Below are positions 37,430 to 47,028 of a stretch of DNA of 64,000 nucleotides, piece by piece. The translations under genes and the position numbers were made by a program. The notes below the pieces were generated by a model, which saw nothing but the letters and a program-made list of their open reading frames with translations, did not search any database and was not told the origin of the DNA. Numbering within the stretch: position 1 is the first letter of the stretch; each line of letters begins with the position of its first letter. Location of the stretch: assembly GCA_965208195.1 (NCBI GenBank), contig CBDBOC010000003.1:794050-858049 (forward strand), given 5' to 3'. This DNA comes from Phototrophicaceae bacterium. GTDB lineage: Bacteria; Chloroflexota; Anaerolineae; Aggregatilineales; Phototrophicaceae.

Positions 37430-37679
37430 GTAGATTCCTTGAGACGAAATTTGCATGACTAATTATGGTCAATTTCTGATAGGCGAGCGAGAAATCGAAA
37501 ATGCGCAATATCCGAACGCCTCCAAAATAGCGCTGTGTTTGCAGGGGCGAGCCAGCGGCGCGCCCGGACGAAGCTACGACCAGATCTGCCGCTACTCCGC
37601 CTTGAGACGTCGCCTCTGTGAAACGCGCCCGCGCAAGAAACGTTATACTGGCAGGAGAACCCGCCTTTGGCTATGGTCC

Positions 37680-38498
37680 ATGCCAATCAACTACGATGAA
37701 GCGGTCGAATTCTACGATGCCACGCGCGGCTACCGCGAGGGCGTGGTTGAACGTTTTCGCGCGGCGCTGCTCGATCTCACTGGCGCTGACACGGCGGCGC
37801 GAATGCTGGAGCTGGGCATCGGCAGCGGCCTGATCGCGCGGCCCTTCTTGCAAGCCGGGCACGGCTACATCGGCATCGACCTGTCGCGCGGCATGCTGCG
37901 CCTGATCGCGGCCAAGCTGCCGGTGGGCGCGCAACCACGCCTGGCCCAAGCTGATTGCGCTCGGCTGCCATTCGCCGCCGGTCGCTTCGATATCGTGCAC
38001 GCCGTGCGCGTCTTCCACCACTTGAGCGCCTGGCGCGCTTGCATCGCTGAGGCGCGGCGCGTGCTGCGGCCGGGCGGGGCGCTGGTCATCGTGGAGAATC
38101 TGCCGCCGCCGGGCGCTGATCCGCCGCCTTGGGCGATTGTTCAGGGGCAGTGGGACGCCATCCTGCGCGATCTCGGCATCGGCGCGGAGGACGCGGATCA
38201 AGGCATCTGGCTGACCGACGCGGCTATGGAGCAATTTCTGATCGCGGAGGGCGCCAAAGTCGAGCTCGTCGATCTGCTGCGCTATCGCGAGAAGCCGGTC
38301 TCGCCACGCATCATGGTGGAGCGGCGGGCGGCGCGCATGTTCAGCAGCGATTGGCGCTTGCCCCCGGCGGTGCATCAACAAGCGGCCCGCGCCCTGGCGG
38401 ATTGGCTGGAGCGCGAATGCGAGGCGCCCGATGCCCTGGTCGAGCGGGAAATGCTGTTCCGCGCTCTGGTGGCGCGCTGGCCCACGGCGCGAGCTTAG
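37680..38498 (+). CDS. class I SAM-dependent methyltransferase
   Basis: I prefer the start MPINYDEAVEFYD. Motif I is MLELGIGSGLIARP and the post-I/II motifs are GIDLS ... FDIVHAVRVFHH. Confidence 0.75.
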   Translation: MPINYDEAVEFYDATRGYREGVVERFRAALLDLTGADTAARMLELGIGSGLIARPFLQAGHGYIGIDLSRGMLRLIAAKLPVGAQPRLAQADCARLPFAAGRFDIVHAVRVFHHLSAWRACIAEARRVLRPGGALVIVENLPPPGADPPPWAIVQGQWDAILRDLGIGAEDADQGIWLTDAAMEQFLIAEGAKVELVDLLRYREKPVSPRIMVERRAARMFSSDWRLPPAVHQQAARALADWLERECEAPDALVEREMLFRALVARWPTARA

Positions 38499-38570
38499 AA
38501 GCCGGCGCCGCTACGCAGTATCATTGGGGCGGGCCACAGGGGCTCGCTGGTAAACGTATTGCGGAGGATC

Positions 38571-38615
38571 CGCACTTTTGCCACCGAGTACACCGAGAAA
38601 ATAGAGTTCACCGAG
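38571..38615 (+). repeat. CACMGAG-type short intergenic repeat copy
   Basis: Sequence is cgcacttttgccaccgagtacaccgagaaaatagagttcaccgag. Confidence 0.6.
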
Positions 38616-38793
38616 TTACATGTCTTATTGATGAGCAGAAGGCGTACCAATAAGTTAATGCAAATTTCGTTGAATCAACGACTGGTAGACACACGCGCGG
38701 CTGGGCCGGGCGAGCGTCTACAGATTTCGACGAGACGGTGAACAGAATGGGACTGGTTTCACATAGGAGCGGGCACGCGCGAGGGAGTAGGCG

Positions 38794-39378
38794 ATGGCGG
38801 AAGTTCTGATGAGTTTGTCGGCGATCCTCGCATCGGTATTTGTGCTGGCGGTGGTCACCGACAAGTTCTTCATCCCCAGCCTGGACGAGATCTCGCGCCG
38901 CTTGAAGCTGTCGGACGAGGTGGCCGGCGCTTCGCTGATGGCCATCGGCTCGTCAGCGCCCGAGCTGGCCATCGCCTTGATGGCGCTCTTCACCGACGGC
39001 GGCGCCCACAGCGATGTCGGCATCGGCACCATCGTCGGCTCGGCCGTCTTCAACATCCTGGTCATCACCGGCGTATCGGCCGTTGTGGCCGGCGGCCTGC
39101 ACATCCACATCTTCGCCGTCGGCCGCGATATCGTCTATTACTTGATCTCGATTCTCTACCTCGGCCTGGTCTTCTTCGATGGCCATGTCTCGCTTGTCGA
39201 AGCGGTTCTGGGTCTGGTCGGCTATGTCGTTTACATGGGCCTGCTCATCGTCTGGAAGTACTTGAAAGTTGAGGAGGACGAAGCGGACGAGGCGGAGCCG
39301 CCGCCCACGCCACAGCAGCAGCAGGTGGCGGGCTGGCATCACCTGGAAGCGCTGGTGGCGGCGGTCTTGCGCGGGTGA
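38794..39378 (+). CDS. Na+/Ca2+ exchanger (CaCA, YrbG-like), N-terminal half with alpha-1 repeat
   Basis: 194 aa with the alpha-1 signature [14 protein letters not shown] and an acidic loop EEDEADEAE at its end. GAGGGAG ribosome-binding site. Confidence 0.8.
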   Translation: MAEVLMSLSAILASVFVLAVVTDKFFIPSLDEISRRLKLSDEVAGASLMAIGSSAPELAIALMALFTDGGAHSDVGIGTIVGSAVFNILVITGVSAVVAGGLHIHIFAVGRDIVYYLISILYLGLVFFDGHVSLVEAVLGLVGYVVYMGLLIVWKYLKVEEDEADEAEPPPTPQQQQVAGWHHLEALVAAVLRG

Positions 39379-39866
39379 TTGGCGCGCCGGAGCGCAACTT
39401 CGTCCGGGCTTTTGTTGTATCTATCGCGCTGATCGTCGCCTTGAGCTATGTGCTGGTGGAAGCGACGATCGTCTTCTCGGCCGGCATTGGCATCCCGCCG
39501 GTGATCGTGGCGCTGACGCTGCTGGCGGCCGGCACTTCGGCGCCGGACTTGATAGCTTCGGTGGATGTGGCGCGCGAGGGCCGAGGCGGCATGGCGGTCG
39601 CCAACGCGGTCGGCTCCAACACCTTTGACTTGCTGGTAGGCTTGGCCCTGCCCTGGACCATCGCGTTGTCGCTGCTCGGGCTCGGCGGCATCGATGTGGG
39701 CACGGGCGACCTGTGGACGTCTATCGGCATCTTGGTGGCGACCACGCTCGTCCTGGCGCTATTCTTAACGACCAAGCGCGAATTGAGCCGGCGCGAAGGC
39801 TGGACCCTGCTGCTGCTCTACGCCGTCTTCGTCTTGTATACCCTGGCCAGCGGCACGGCCATGTAG
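39375..39866 (+). CDS. Na+/Ca2+ exchanger (CaCA), C-terminal half with alpha-2 repeat
   Basis: 163 aa with the alpha-2 signature [15 protein letters not shown]. The GTG start overlaps the upstream stop (GTGA). Confidence 0.7.
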   Translation: MIGAPERNFVRAFVVSIALIVALSYVLVEATIVFSAGIGIPPVIVALTLLAAGTSAPDLIASVDVAREGRGGMAVANAVGSNTFDLLVGLALPWTIALSLLGLGGIDVGTGDLWTSIGILVATTLVLALFLTTKRELSRREGWTLLLLYAVFVLYTLASGTAM

Positions 39867-39880
39867 CGCGGGAGGCGCTG

Positions 39881-41380
39881 ATGGCAGCCATCTCGAAACG
39901 GCCGGCGCATCAACCGGCGCTGGGGCGCGATATCTTGCGGCTGCCGCTGATTGGCCGGGCGCTGCGACATCGGCAGGGTCGGCTGGCGCTGCAACTGCTG
40001 TTCAGCCTGGGCGCGCTGGCATTGTTGATCGACGGCTTCAGCGGCCCGCAGTCAGCCGCGCGCAACCTGGCCACGGTGGCGCCCTGGGTGCACTTGCGCG
40101 GGCTGGTGGTGCTGGCGCTGCTGCTGGCGGGCAATCTGTTTTGCCTGGGCTGCCCCTTCGCGTTGCCGCGCAGCCTGGCCAAGCGCCTGTCGCTGCGGGG
40201 GCGGCGTTTCCCTCAGCGCCTGCGCAACAAGTGGCCCGCGATTTTCAGCTTGTTCGCGCTCTTCTTCGTGTATGAATACCTCGATCTCTGGGCCAGCCCC
40301 TGGCTGACGGCTTGGCTGATCGCCGCGTATTTCGCCGCCGCCTTCGCCCTGGAAGCCATCTTCCGTGAATCGGCCTTCTGCAAATATGTCTGCCCCCTGG
40401 GCTCCTTCAACTTCGTTTATTCGACGCTCTCGCCCAGCGGCATCGCCGTCAAGTCGCACGATGTCTGCGCCAGTTGCGTCGGCCGTGAGTGCATCAACGG
40501 CAGCTACGCGGCCCAGCCCGTTATCCGCGTCGATCAGATTCCGCTGGCCGACGGCGCACTCAGCGAGCGCGAAGTCCAGCACGGGCCGGGTGGCGCGTTG
40601 GGCTGCGGCACCGAGCTTTTCGCGCCGCAGATGCGCGGCAATCTTGATTGTACGCTCTGCCTGGATTGCGTACGCGCTTGCCCGCACGACAATGTGAGCT
40701 GGTTCACGCGTCCGCCGGGCGCCGAATTAAGCCGGGCCGATGCCTGGCCGCGCCGCTGGGATATCTCGCTGCTGGTGATCGCGCTGGCATTCATGGGCGT
40801 CTCCAACGCTTTCGGCATGGTCCCGCCCTACTACGCCCTGCAAGAGACGCTGGCGCTGCGGCTGGGCATCAGCAGTGAATTCGCCGTGCTGCTGCTGATC
40901 TTCGGCGCGGCCAACTTGCTGCTGCCGGCCATGGCGGCGGGCGCGGCGGCACAATTGGGGCGTCACTGGACGGCGTATGCCAAGCGCGATTCTCTGCGGG
41001 ATACGGTCGCGGCCTTCGCGCCGGCATTCGCCCCGCTGGGCTTCGGCATCTGGTTCGCCCATTACAGCTTCCACTTCCTGGTCGGCCCCGGCTTGATCGT
41101 GCCAGTGCTGCAAGAATTCCTGGGCGCGCCCGGCGACTGGGCCGCCTGGAGCTTCAGCCCGGATATCAGCCTCATCGGCCTGCTGCAACTGCTGGTATTG
41201 CTGGGCGGCTTTTTCTGGAGCCTGCGCCTGGCGCAGAAAACGGCGCTGCGGCTGTATCGGCGCAAAGCGTTATGGGGTTTGCTGCCCTGGGCGCTGGTCT
41301 TGCTGCTGCTGATGCTGGCGGCGCAGCAGATTTTCACACTGCCGATGGAGATGCGCGGCACGCTCGAGCTATTTGGTTAG
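39881..41380 (+). CDS. polytopic membrane 4Fe-4S ferredoxin-type protein (NapH/FixG/FesM-like)
   Basis: ATG at 39881 follows GGGAGG. Cys motifs are NLFCLGCPF, FCKYVCPLG, CASCVGRECING and CTLCLDCVRACPHDNV, with additional C-terminal TM segments. Confidence 0.75.
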   Translation: MAAISKRPAHQPALGRDILRLPLIGRALRHRQGRLALQLLFSLGALALLIDGFSGPQSAARNLATVAPWVHLRGLVVLALLLAGNLFCLGCPFALPRSLAKRLSLRGRRFPQRLRNKWPAIFSLFALFFVYEYLDLWASPWLTAWLIAAYFAAAFALEAIFRESAFCKYVCPLGSFNFVYSTLSPSGIAVKSHDVCASCVGRECINGSYAAQPVIRVDQIPLADGALSEREVQHGPGGALGCGTELFAPQMRGNLDCTLCLDCVRACPHDNVSWFTRPPGAELSRADAWPRRWDISLLVIALAFMGVSNAFGMVPPYYALQETLALRLGISSEFAVLLLIFGAANLLLPAMAAGAAAQLGRHWTAYAKRDSLRDTVAAFAPAFAPLGFGIWFAHYSFHFLVGPGLIVPVLQEFLGAPGDWAAWSFSPDISLIGLLQLLVLLGGFFWSLRLAQKTALRLYRRKALWGLLPWALVLLLLMLAAQQIFTLPMEMRGTLELFG

Positions 41381-41832
41381 GCGGGCGCGCCACCCGCTGC
41401 AGCACGGGCTCGTGGTTTGCCGTTCCCTTGACATTTTGACCGTAGCCTGGCCGACGAGGGCTCGCCGTATAAGTCGGCCCCTTAGAGCCGTGGGAACCCC
41501 GCGAGGGATTCGTCGCCTTCCCCTAACCTCGTCTGTCCAGAGCGGTCTAGGGGTCAGTGCTGGATCTTACCGAGCAGATGCGCGGCGACGCGATATTTAG
41601 CTGCAACCAATACGACGAAGTATGGCCGAGCTATGCGGCCAATCGCAACCCGACGATCGACACTACGTGCAGGCTCCTACCAAGTTGCTGCGACAACTTT
41701 CGAAATCGTGCGGGGCTCGATTCTTTATCAACAGACGAGGCGTGTTTATCAATCCTGAAGGCGAAGCAGAACGCCAGATTGTACAATTTGATTGGCGCGT
41801 TTCTACTTCTTATTCGTCTGTGGTGATCAACC

Positions 41833-42588
41833 TCAAACGACAACCCGCTCGCCAGCGCGCAGCACGGGCTCGGCGCGGCCCCAGAGCTGCGTGCCATCGC
41901 GATTCATGATCGGCTCAGCCGAATACTGCGCCAGGTAACAGCGGCGGTAAGCATCGGTCATATTGGCGCCGCTGCGGTGGAAGGTGCGGCTGCTGAAGAC
42001 GACGATACTGCCGGCGGGCACGATGGCCGGCTCGCCCGGGTCAGCGCCCTTGTAGCCGACTTTGTCGTTGGACTGCGCCTCTACCTCATGGTCGATGATT
42101 TCGTCGGTCGTCGCGCGCCCATCACGCGAGTAGGGCAGGATGTATACCGTGCCGTTCTCCACGGACATATCATCCAGCGCGCACCAGCACGAGAGGTAGC
42201 CTCGATGGTAATGGCCGACATAACCCGAATCCTGATGCCAGGCGAATTTGCTGTCGCTATCAGCCGCCTTGACCACATACTGCTCGTTGAAGAGGTAGGC
42301 GGTATCGCCCAAGGTGGCGCGGCAAATCTCCGCCATCAGCGGGCTGAAGAGGAAGTCGGTCATGATGGGGCTGGCGGCGCTGCGGTTGCTGATGAAATAG
42401 CGCTTCTTGTAGTGCGTGATGCCCTCTGTCGTGACGCCGCGAGCTTCCATAGCGCGGTCGTGCATGTCGACGTGGCGCATGCACTCGTCTTGCAGCGCCG
42501 CTAGCACATTCGGCGGGATGACCGCTTCCAGGATGAAATAGCCCTCGCGGTGATATTGATCGATCTGTTCCTGCGTGACCAAAGCCAT
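41833..42588 (-). CDS. phytanoyl-CoA dioxygenase (PhyH) family Fe(II)/2-oxoglutarate oxygenase
   Basis: Start MALVTQEQIDQYHREGYFILE follows GGAGGAGGAG. The motif WHQDSGY supplies the HxD part of the facial triad. Confidence 0.8.
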   Translation of the reverse strand: MALVTQEQIDQYHREGYFILEAVIPPNVLAALQDECMRHVDMHDRAMEARGVTTEGITHYKKRYFISNRSAASPIMTDFLFSPLMAEICRATLGDTAYLFNEQYVVKAADSDSKFAWHQDSGYVGHYHRGYLSCWCALDDMSVENGTVYILPYSRDGRATTDEIIDHEVEAQSNDKVGYKGADPGEPAIVPAGSIVVFSSRTFHRSGANMTDAYRRCYLAQYSAEPIMNRDGTQLWGRAEPVLRAGERVVV

Positions 42589-42685
42589 GGGCGTCACTCT
42601 CCTCCTCCGCTTTGCCGGCAAGTGTACTGCTGCTGGCGCGGCTGTCAAGCGCTCATGGCGGCCGACGGCGCTTTGTTAGTAGTCC

Positions 42686-42858
42686 ACACACTTTTACCAC
42701 CGAGTAAAACGAGGGAATTGAGTGCGCCGAGAGGGCGAGCCACCGGCTCGCCCATACGAACGTGCGCGGAATTTGGAGTTTGGTCCTCGCCCAGTGTGAT
42801 CCGCCTCGGTGTCCTCGTCCAAACTCGGCGTCCTCGGTGGTTAAGGTGTGCGGATGCC
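42686..42858. repeat. MITE-like composite: two inverted copies of the ACCACCGAG...GGGCGAG repeat around a GGGCGAGCC-acc-GGCTCGCCC hairpin
   Basis: The left arm is cacacttttaccaccgag...gagagggcgag. The reverse complement of the right arm is ccgcacaccttaaccaccgaggacgccgag...gggcgag. Confidence 0.65.
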
Positions 42859-42943
42859 CGCGTAATCAGCGGCCGCCGCTGCGGATTGGTCGGCGATGGG
42901 TTACACTTCGACAGCTTGACGGCATAACCCTTGAGGAACGCCC

Positions 42944-44330
42944 ATGGACGGCCGACCGAATATCGTGCTCTTCCTCACCGATGACCACGGCGCCTGGGCG
43001 ACCGGCTGTTACGGCAACGGCGAGGTGCGGACGCCGACGCTGGACGCGCTGGCGGCCATCGGCGCGCGCTTCGACCGGGCGTACTACGCCCTGCCCGGTC
43101 TGTTCGCCGGCGCGGGCCTGCCTGCTGACCGGCAAGACGCCGTCGCAGGTCGGCATCCACGACTGGCTGCAAGAGGCGATACCGGCGGTCGGCGAGCGCG
43201 ACTGGCTGGGCGATACGCGCACGCTCTTCGACTATCTGAGCGAGGCCGGCTATCACACGGGCTTGAGCGGAAAATGGCACTTGGGCCAGTCGCATCTGGC
43301 GCCGCGCGGGGCCGATTTTCACTTTGGCTTGCCCGGCTGGCAGGGCGCGCACAACGGCCCATATACCTTCGCGCGCGATGGGCAACTGGTCGAGCTGGAC
43401 GGCAACAAGTCGCGGCTCATCAGCGACCACGCCATCGACTTCCTCGACAGCGCCCCGGCTGATCAACCCTTCTTCCTCAACATTGGCTACATCGCCACGC
43501 ACTCGCCTTATGCGCAGCAAACGCATGATCCGGCGCGGACAGCGCGCTATCAAGATTGCGCCTTCGCCGAGATCCCGCCCTACGCGCCGCACCCCTGGGT
43601 GAAAAACGAAGGCGGCGCTGACGAGCTTAGCCGGGCCGAGCTGCGCGACCGTTACATCGGCTACTACGCCGCCGTCAGCGAGATCGACGACAATATCGCC
43701 CGCATCATCGGCGCCTTGCAGGTCCGGGGACAGTGGGAGAATACGGTCATCATATACACATCGGATCACGGCTGCGCCCTGGGGCACAAGGGCTTCTTCG
43801 GCAAGGGCAACAGCACGCGCCCGCTGAATATGTACGAAGTGTCGCTGCGGGTGCCGCTGATCGTGGCTGGCGCGGGCGTGAAAGGGGGCGTTTGCGCCGA
43901 GCTGATTGACCATTACGATACCTTTCAGACGCTGTGCGAATTGGCGGGCACCGCCTTGCCGCCGGGCGCAACCGCCGGGCAATCTTATGCCGACGTGCTG
44001 CGGGGCACGGCGGGCCCGCGGGAGGGGCTGCGCTTCGGCGAATACGGCGATCTGCGTATGGCCCGTGATGAGCGCTGGAAGCTGGTCTGGCGCTACCCCG
44101 ATGGCCCGCATGACTTGTTCGATTTGGCGGCGGATCCGGCTGAGGAACGCAACGTCTTCGCGGATCATACGGATGTCGCCGCCCGCTACAAGGCGCTGCT
44201 GGACGGCTTCTACGCCGAGCGCGAGGACGCGGCGCTTTCGGGCTTGCGAGTCAAGCAGTTGCCGCTGCATAACGAGAACGAAGCCTGGCGCGATGGCCGG
44301 CGGGAGGCGCGCGGCTTGCAGGTGTATTGA
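42944..44330 (+). pseudogene. Cys-type sulfatase with a frameshift just upstream of the CxPxR FGly motif
   Basis: The N-terminus MDGRPNIVLFLTDDHGAW...RFDRAY is in the frame of 42944. From about 43083-43088 the sulfatase continues in another frame (TPCPVCSPARACLLTGK...) to 44330. Confidence 0.8.
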
Positions 44331-44354
44331 GCGCGGACTAAGGCATATGGCTTA

Positions 44355-44484
44355 GCACAAAGGGCACAAAGACGCCAAGGGCACAAAGGGAGAATCTGTA
44401 GACACACGCGTGGATCAGCCGCGGCCAGCACAAAATGCCTTGACGCGATATTGTAGGGGCGTCACGCCGTGTCGCCCGTCCCGC
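44355..44484 (+). repeat. CACAAAG-variant heptamer repeat plus TGTAGGGGCG hairpin repeat
   Basis: The two parts are gcacaaagggcacaaagacgccaagggcacaaagggag and attgtaggggcgtcacgccgtgtcgcccgtcccgc. Confidence 0.55.
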
Positions 44485-44520
44485 AGGCGCGTGGGCGTTT
44501 CACGAACCGCCCGTCTGCGC

Positions 44521-47028
44521 TTAGGGCCGCTGCAGCGAGACCTCGAGGGCGATGCCGTCATCAAAGCCGAACTTCTCCAGCGTGACGACCACGCGCCCGC
44601 TCATCGGCGTGACGAAGGCCAACGGCAGCTCATCGGGCACGCCCATCGTGCTGTAAGACATGACTTCCATGCCCTCAATCGTGGCGGTGACGTAGAGGTC
44701 TTCGACATCGCCGCGCAGCTTCTCGAGGTTCAGGATGAGGTATTCGTCTTCGGCGACGTCAAACACCACCAGGTCGCGCAGGGCCTTGTCGTTGAGCGTG
44801 ACGATGATCTCGCCATCGTCCAGCGAATGCACCGGATTTTGGCGGATGCTGAGCCTACCTTCACCGCTGACGCCGCCCTCAAATGTCGAGACGACCAGCA
44901 CATAGGTCGCCGCGCGATCGAAGACCAGGTTGCTCAGCTCGGCATCAAAGCCGGGGCCGCTGTCGTCATCAAACGCGAATTCCCCGCCCGATGGCGAGAC
45001 AACTTGCAGCAGCGTATCCAGCGCGCCGTCGCTGTCGATGCTGACGGTGAGGCTGTCGCCCGTTTGCACCGGCAGGGCGTAATAGCGCGCCGGCGTATCA
45101 GCATCGAGGGTGAAGCGGACATCGGCAGCGCGGTCGATGGCGGCCAGGGCGACCGGCTCGATGGTGACCGTGAAGTCGCCGATTTCCGCGCCGCGCGGCA
45201 TCATCAGCGGTTCCGCTGTGATTTCCAGCGAATAGTCGCCACTGTAGGGCAGGCGCAGCGGGCCGATCATGGCGTTTTTCTGGCCGCGGCTGTCGTCATT
45301 GAAGGCGAGCTCGCGGCCGTCCCGATCCAGCAGAGCCGCGGCCGAATCGAAGTCATCGCTGGCAACAGTGACCAGCACGACTTGATCGGCGGCGCCGCTG
45401 AAGGCGACTTCAGCCCGCCCGTCGGTCAAGTTGCCGCTGACGGTCTGGGCATCGCCAACTGCCGCTGCAGTGATGACGCTCTGCCCTTTGGGCTGCGCGG
45501 TCAAGACGACTGCGGGCTGGTTGCCGGCGGCGCGCAGCACGGTGATGGTGTAGTCGCCGGGTTGATCCGTATCGCTGGTGACGAGTTCGATCTCGGCGCG
45601 GCCTTCCGCGTCAGCCGTCTTCTGCGATTGGAACACGGACTGACCCGCGAACACGACATCAAATGTGACGATTTCGCCCGCCTCAAGGCCGCGCACAGTG
45701 ATGAGGTGGGCTGAACCCAGAGGCGCGGCGGCCGGCGTGATGCTCGCGATGGGGCTGGCGTCGCTGGTGGCAGCGGGCGCTTCATCCACGGGTACAGCGC
45801 TGATTTCGAAACTTGCCCGCGCCAGCAGCGTGTCGTCGGCGACTGAACGCAGCTCGACCGTGTATTCGCCGAGCTCGTCTTCGTCCGTGCTGGAGATGGT
45901 CAGGCTGTAATCGCCGCCGGCATCAGCCGAGCGCTCGGCGCTGAATTCTTCGTCGCCCGCGGGGTCGAGGATGACCAGCCTGAAATCGGCCGTGGCGGGC
46001 AAGCCGCTTGCGGTGATTACATGCTGGCTGCCGATTGGCGCGCTGTCCGGCTCAATGCTCAGCCGGGCGTCGACGGCGGGCAACGCGGCGCTGACGGTGA
46101 GGATCGCGCTGGCCTGCCGCTCGCCTTCGACGAAGATGACCACGCTGTAATCGCCGTCGGCCAGGTCGTCGGGCGCGGTGAAGCTGAGCCGGGCCTCGCC
46201 TTCGCTGGAGGCGCGCGCCAGCACGGTATCGATGAGCACATCATCGGCGGATGTAATCTGCGCTGTGACGCTGTCGAAGGCGGCCAGGCCGGCCAAGGTG
46301 ATATTGACCGTGCCGCCAGCCGCAACGACTTCCGGCCTCAGCGTCAGGCTGACTTCGCGCTCGGGCGGCGCCTCGATGGTGAATTCGCCTGCGGCGATCA
46401 GGTCGCCGGCCGCGTCGTACAGGGCGATGGCGTGAAGGCCCGGGCTGTCATCCGCTTCGGCGAACACTCCGACTTCAATGAAGCCGTCCGCATCGCTGGT
46501 CTGCCCGAGGCGATAGACGACTTGCAGCGTCTCGTTGGCGGTGATCTCCAGCGTGTAGTCCGTGCGCGGCTGCAAGTCGCCGATGGTGATCGTATGCACG
46601 CTGCCGAAGGGCGCCGTGGCCGGCTCGATGGTGACATCTCCCGGCAAATCGCGCTCGGCCGCATCAGCCGCATCAGCAGCGGCGGTCAGTTCGAAATCGG
46701 CGCTGGCGACGACCTCGCCAGCGAGCAAGACTTGGACGCTGTAGATGCCGGGGGCATCGCCCTCGGTGCTGCTGATGGGATAGGCGATGGCGCCGTCGGC
46801 ATCGCTGGTCTCTTGGCTGCTGAATACGACTTCGCCCTCAAAGACGATCTCGACGCTGTAGTCCGTTTCGGCGTCCAGGCCGCTGATGTGAATGTCAAAG
46901 ACGGCCGACTCCGCCGGGCCCGTTGTCGGCGAGATGGTCACAGTCGGCGCGTCCTGCGGGATCACCGGCAGGGCCAGCGCGCCCATAAGCGCTGCAAGCA
47001 AAGCGATTCGCGCAATCCAGGATGGCAT
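44521..47028 (-). CDS. secreted protein: five tandem ~90-aa Ig-like repeats followed by two PPC (pre-peptidase C-terminal)-like domains
   Basis: Signal peptide MPSWIARIALLAALMGALALPVIP. The repeats end in FELTA / FTIEA / ILTVSA / FEISA / VVLTA. The PPC-like motifs are DDFDSAAALLDRDGRELAFNDDS and DTLLQVVSPSGGEFAFDDDSG. Confidence 0.8.
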   Translation of the reverse strand: MPSWIARIALLAALMGALALPVIPQDAPTVTISPTTGPAESAVFDIHISGLDAETDYSVEIVFEGEVVFSSQETSDADGAIAYPISSTEGDAPGIYSVQVLLAGEVVASADFELTAAADAADAAERDLPGDVTIEPATAPFGSVHTITIGDLQPRTDYTLEITANETLQVVYRLGQTSDADGFIEVGVFAEADDSPGLHAIALYDAAGDLIAAGEFTIEAPPEREVSLTLRPEVVAAGGTVNITLAGLAAFDSVTAQITSADDVLIDTVLARASSEGEARLSFTAPDDLADGDYSVVIFVEGERQASAILTVSAALPAVDARLSIEPDSAPIGSQHVITASGLPATADFRLVILDPAGDEEFSAERSADAGGDYSLTISSTDEDELGEYTVELRSVADDTLLARASFEISAVPVDEAPAATSDASPIASITPAAAPLGSAHLITVRGLEAGEIVTFDVVFAGQSVFQSQKTADAEGRAEIELVTSDTDQPGDYTITVLRAAGNQPAVVLTAQPKGQSVITAAAVGDAQTVSGNLTDGRAEVAFSGAADQVVLVTVASDDFDSAAALLDRDGRELAFNDDSRGQKNAMIGPLRLPYSGDYSLEITAEPLMMPRGAEIGDFTVTIEPVALAAIDRAADVRFTLDADTPARYYALPVQTGDSLTVSIDSDGALDTLLQVVSPSGGEFAFDDDSGPGFDAELSNLVFDRAATYVLVVSTFEGGVSGEGRLSIRQNPVHSLDDGEIIVTLNDKALRDLVVFDVAEDEYLILNLEKLRGDVEDLYVTATIEGMEVMSYSTMGVPDELPLAFVTPMSGRVVVTLEKFGFDDGIALEVSLQRP

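Noticed and set aside
41700-41730. Possible tRNA/tmRNA T-arm (gcggggctcgattc)
   Set aside because: There is no complementary strand to close a T-stem, no acceptor stem or CCA context, and no tag-peptide ORF ending in a stop nearby.
42762-42943. 5' part of the 522-aa track ORF that contains most of the sulfatase
   Set aside because: It runs through the MITE-like repeats and encodes no sulfatase-like sequence. The genuine N-terminus (MDGRPNIVLFLTDDHG) is in a different frame starting at 42944.
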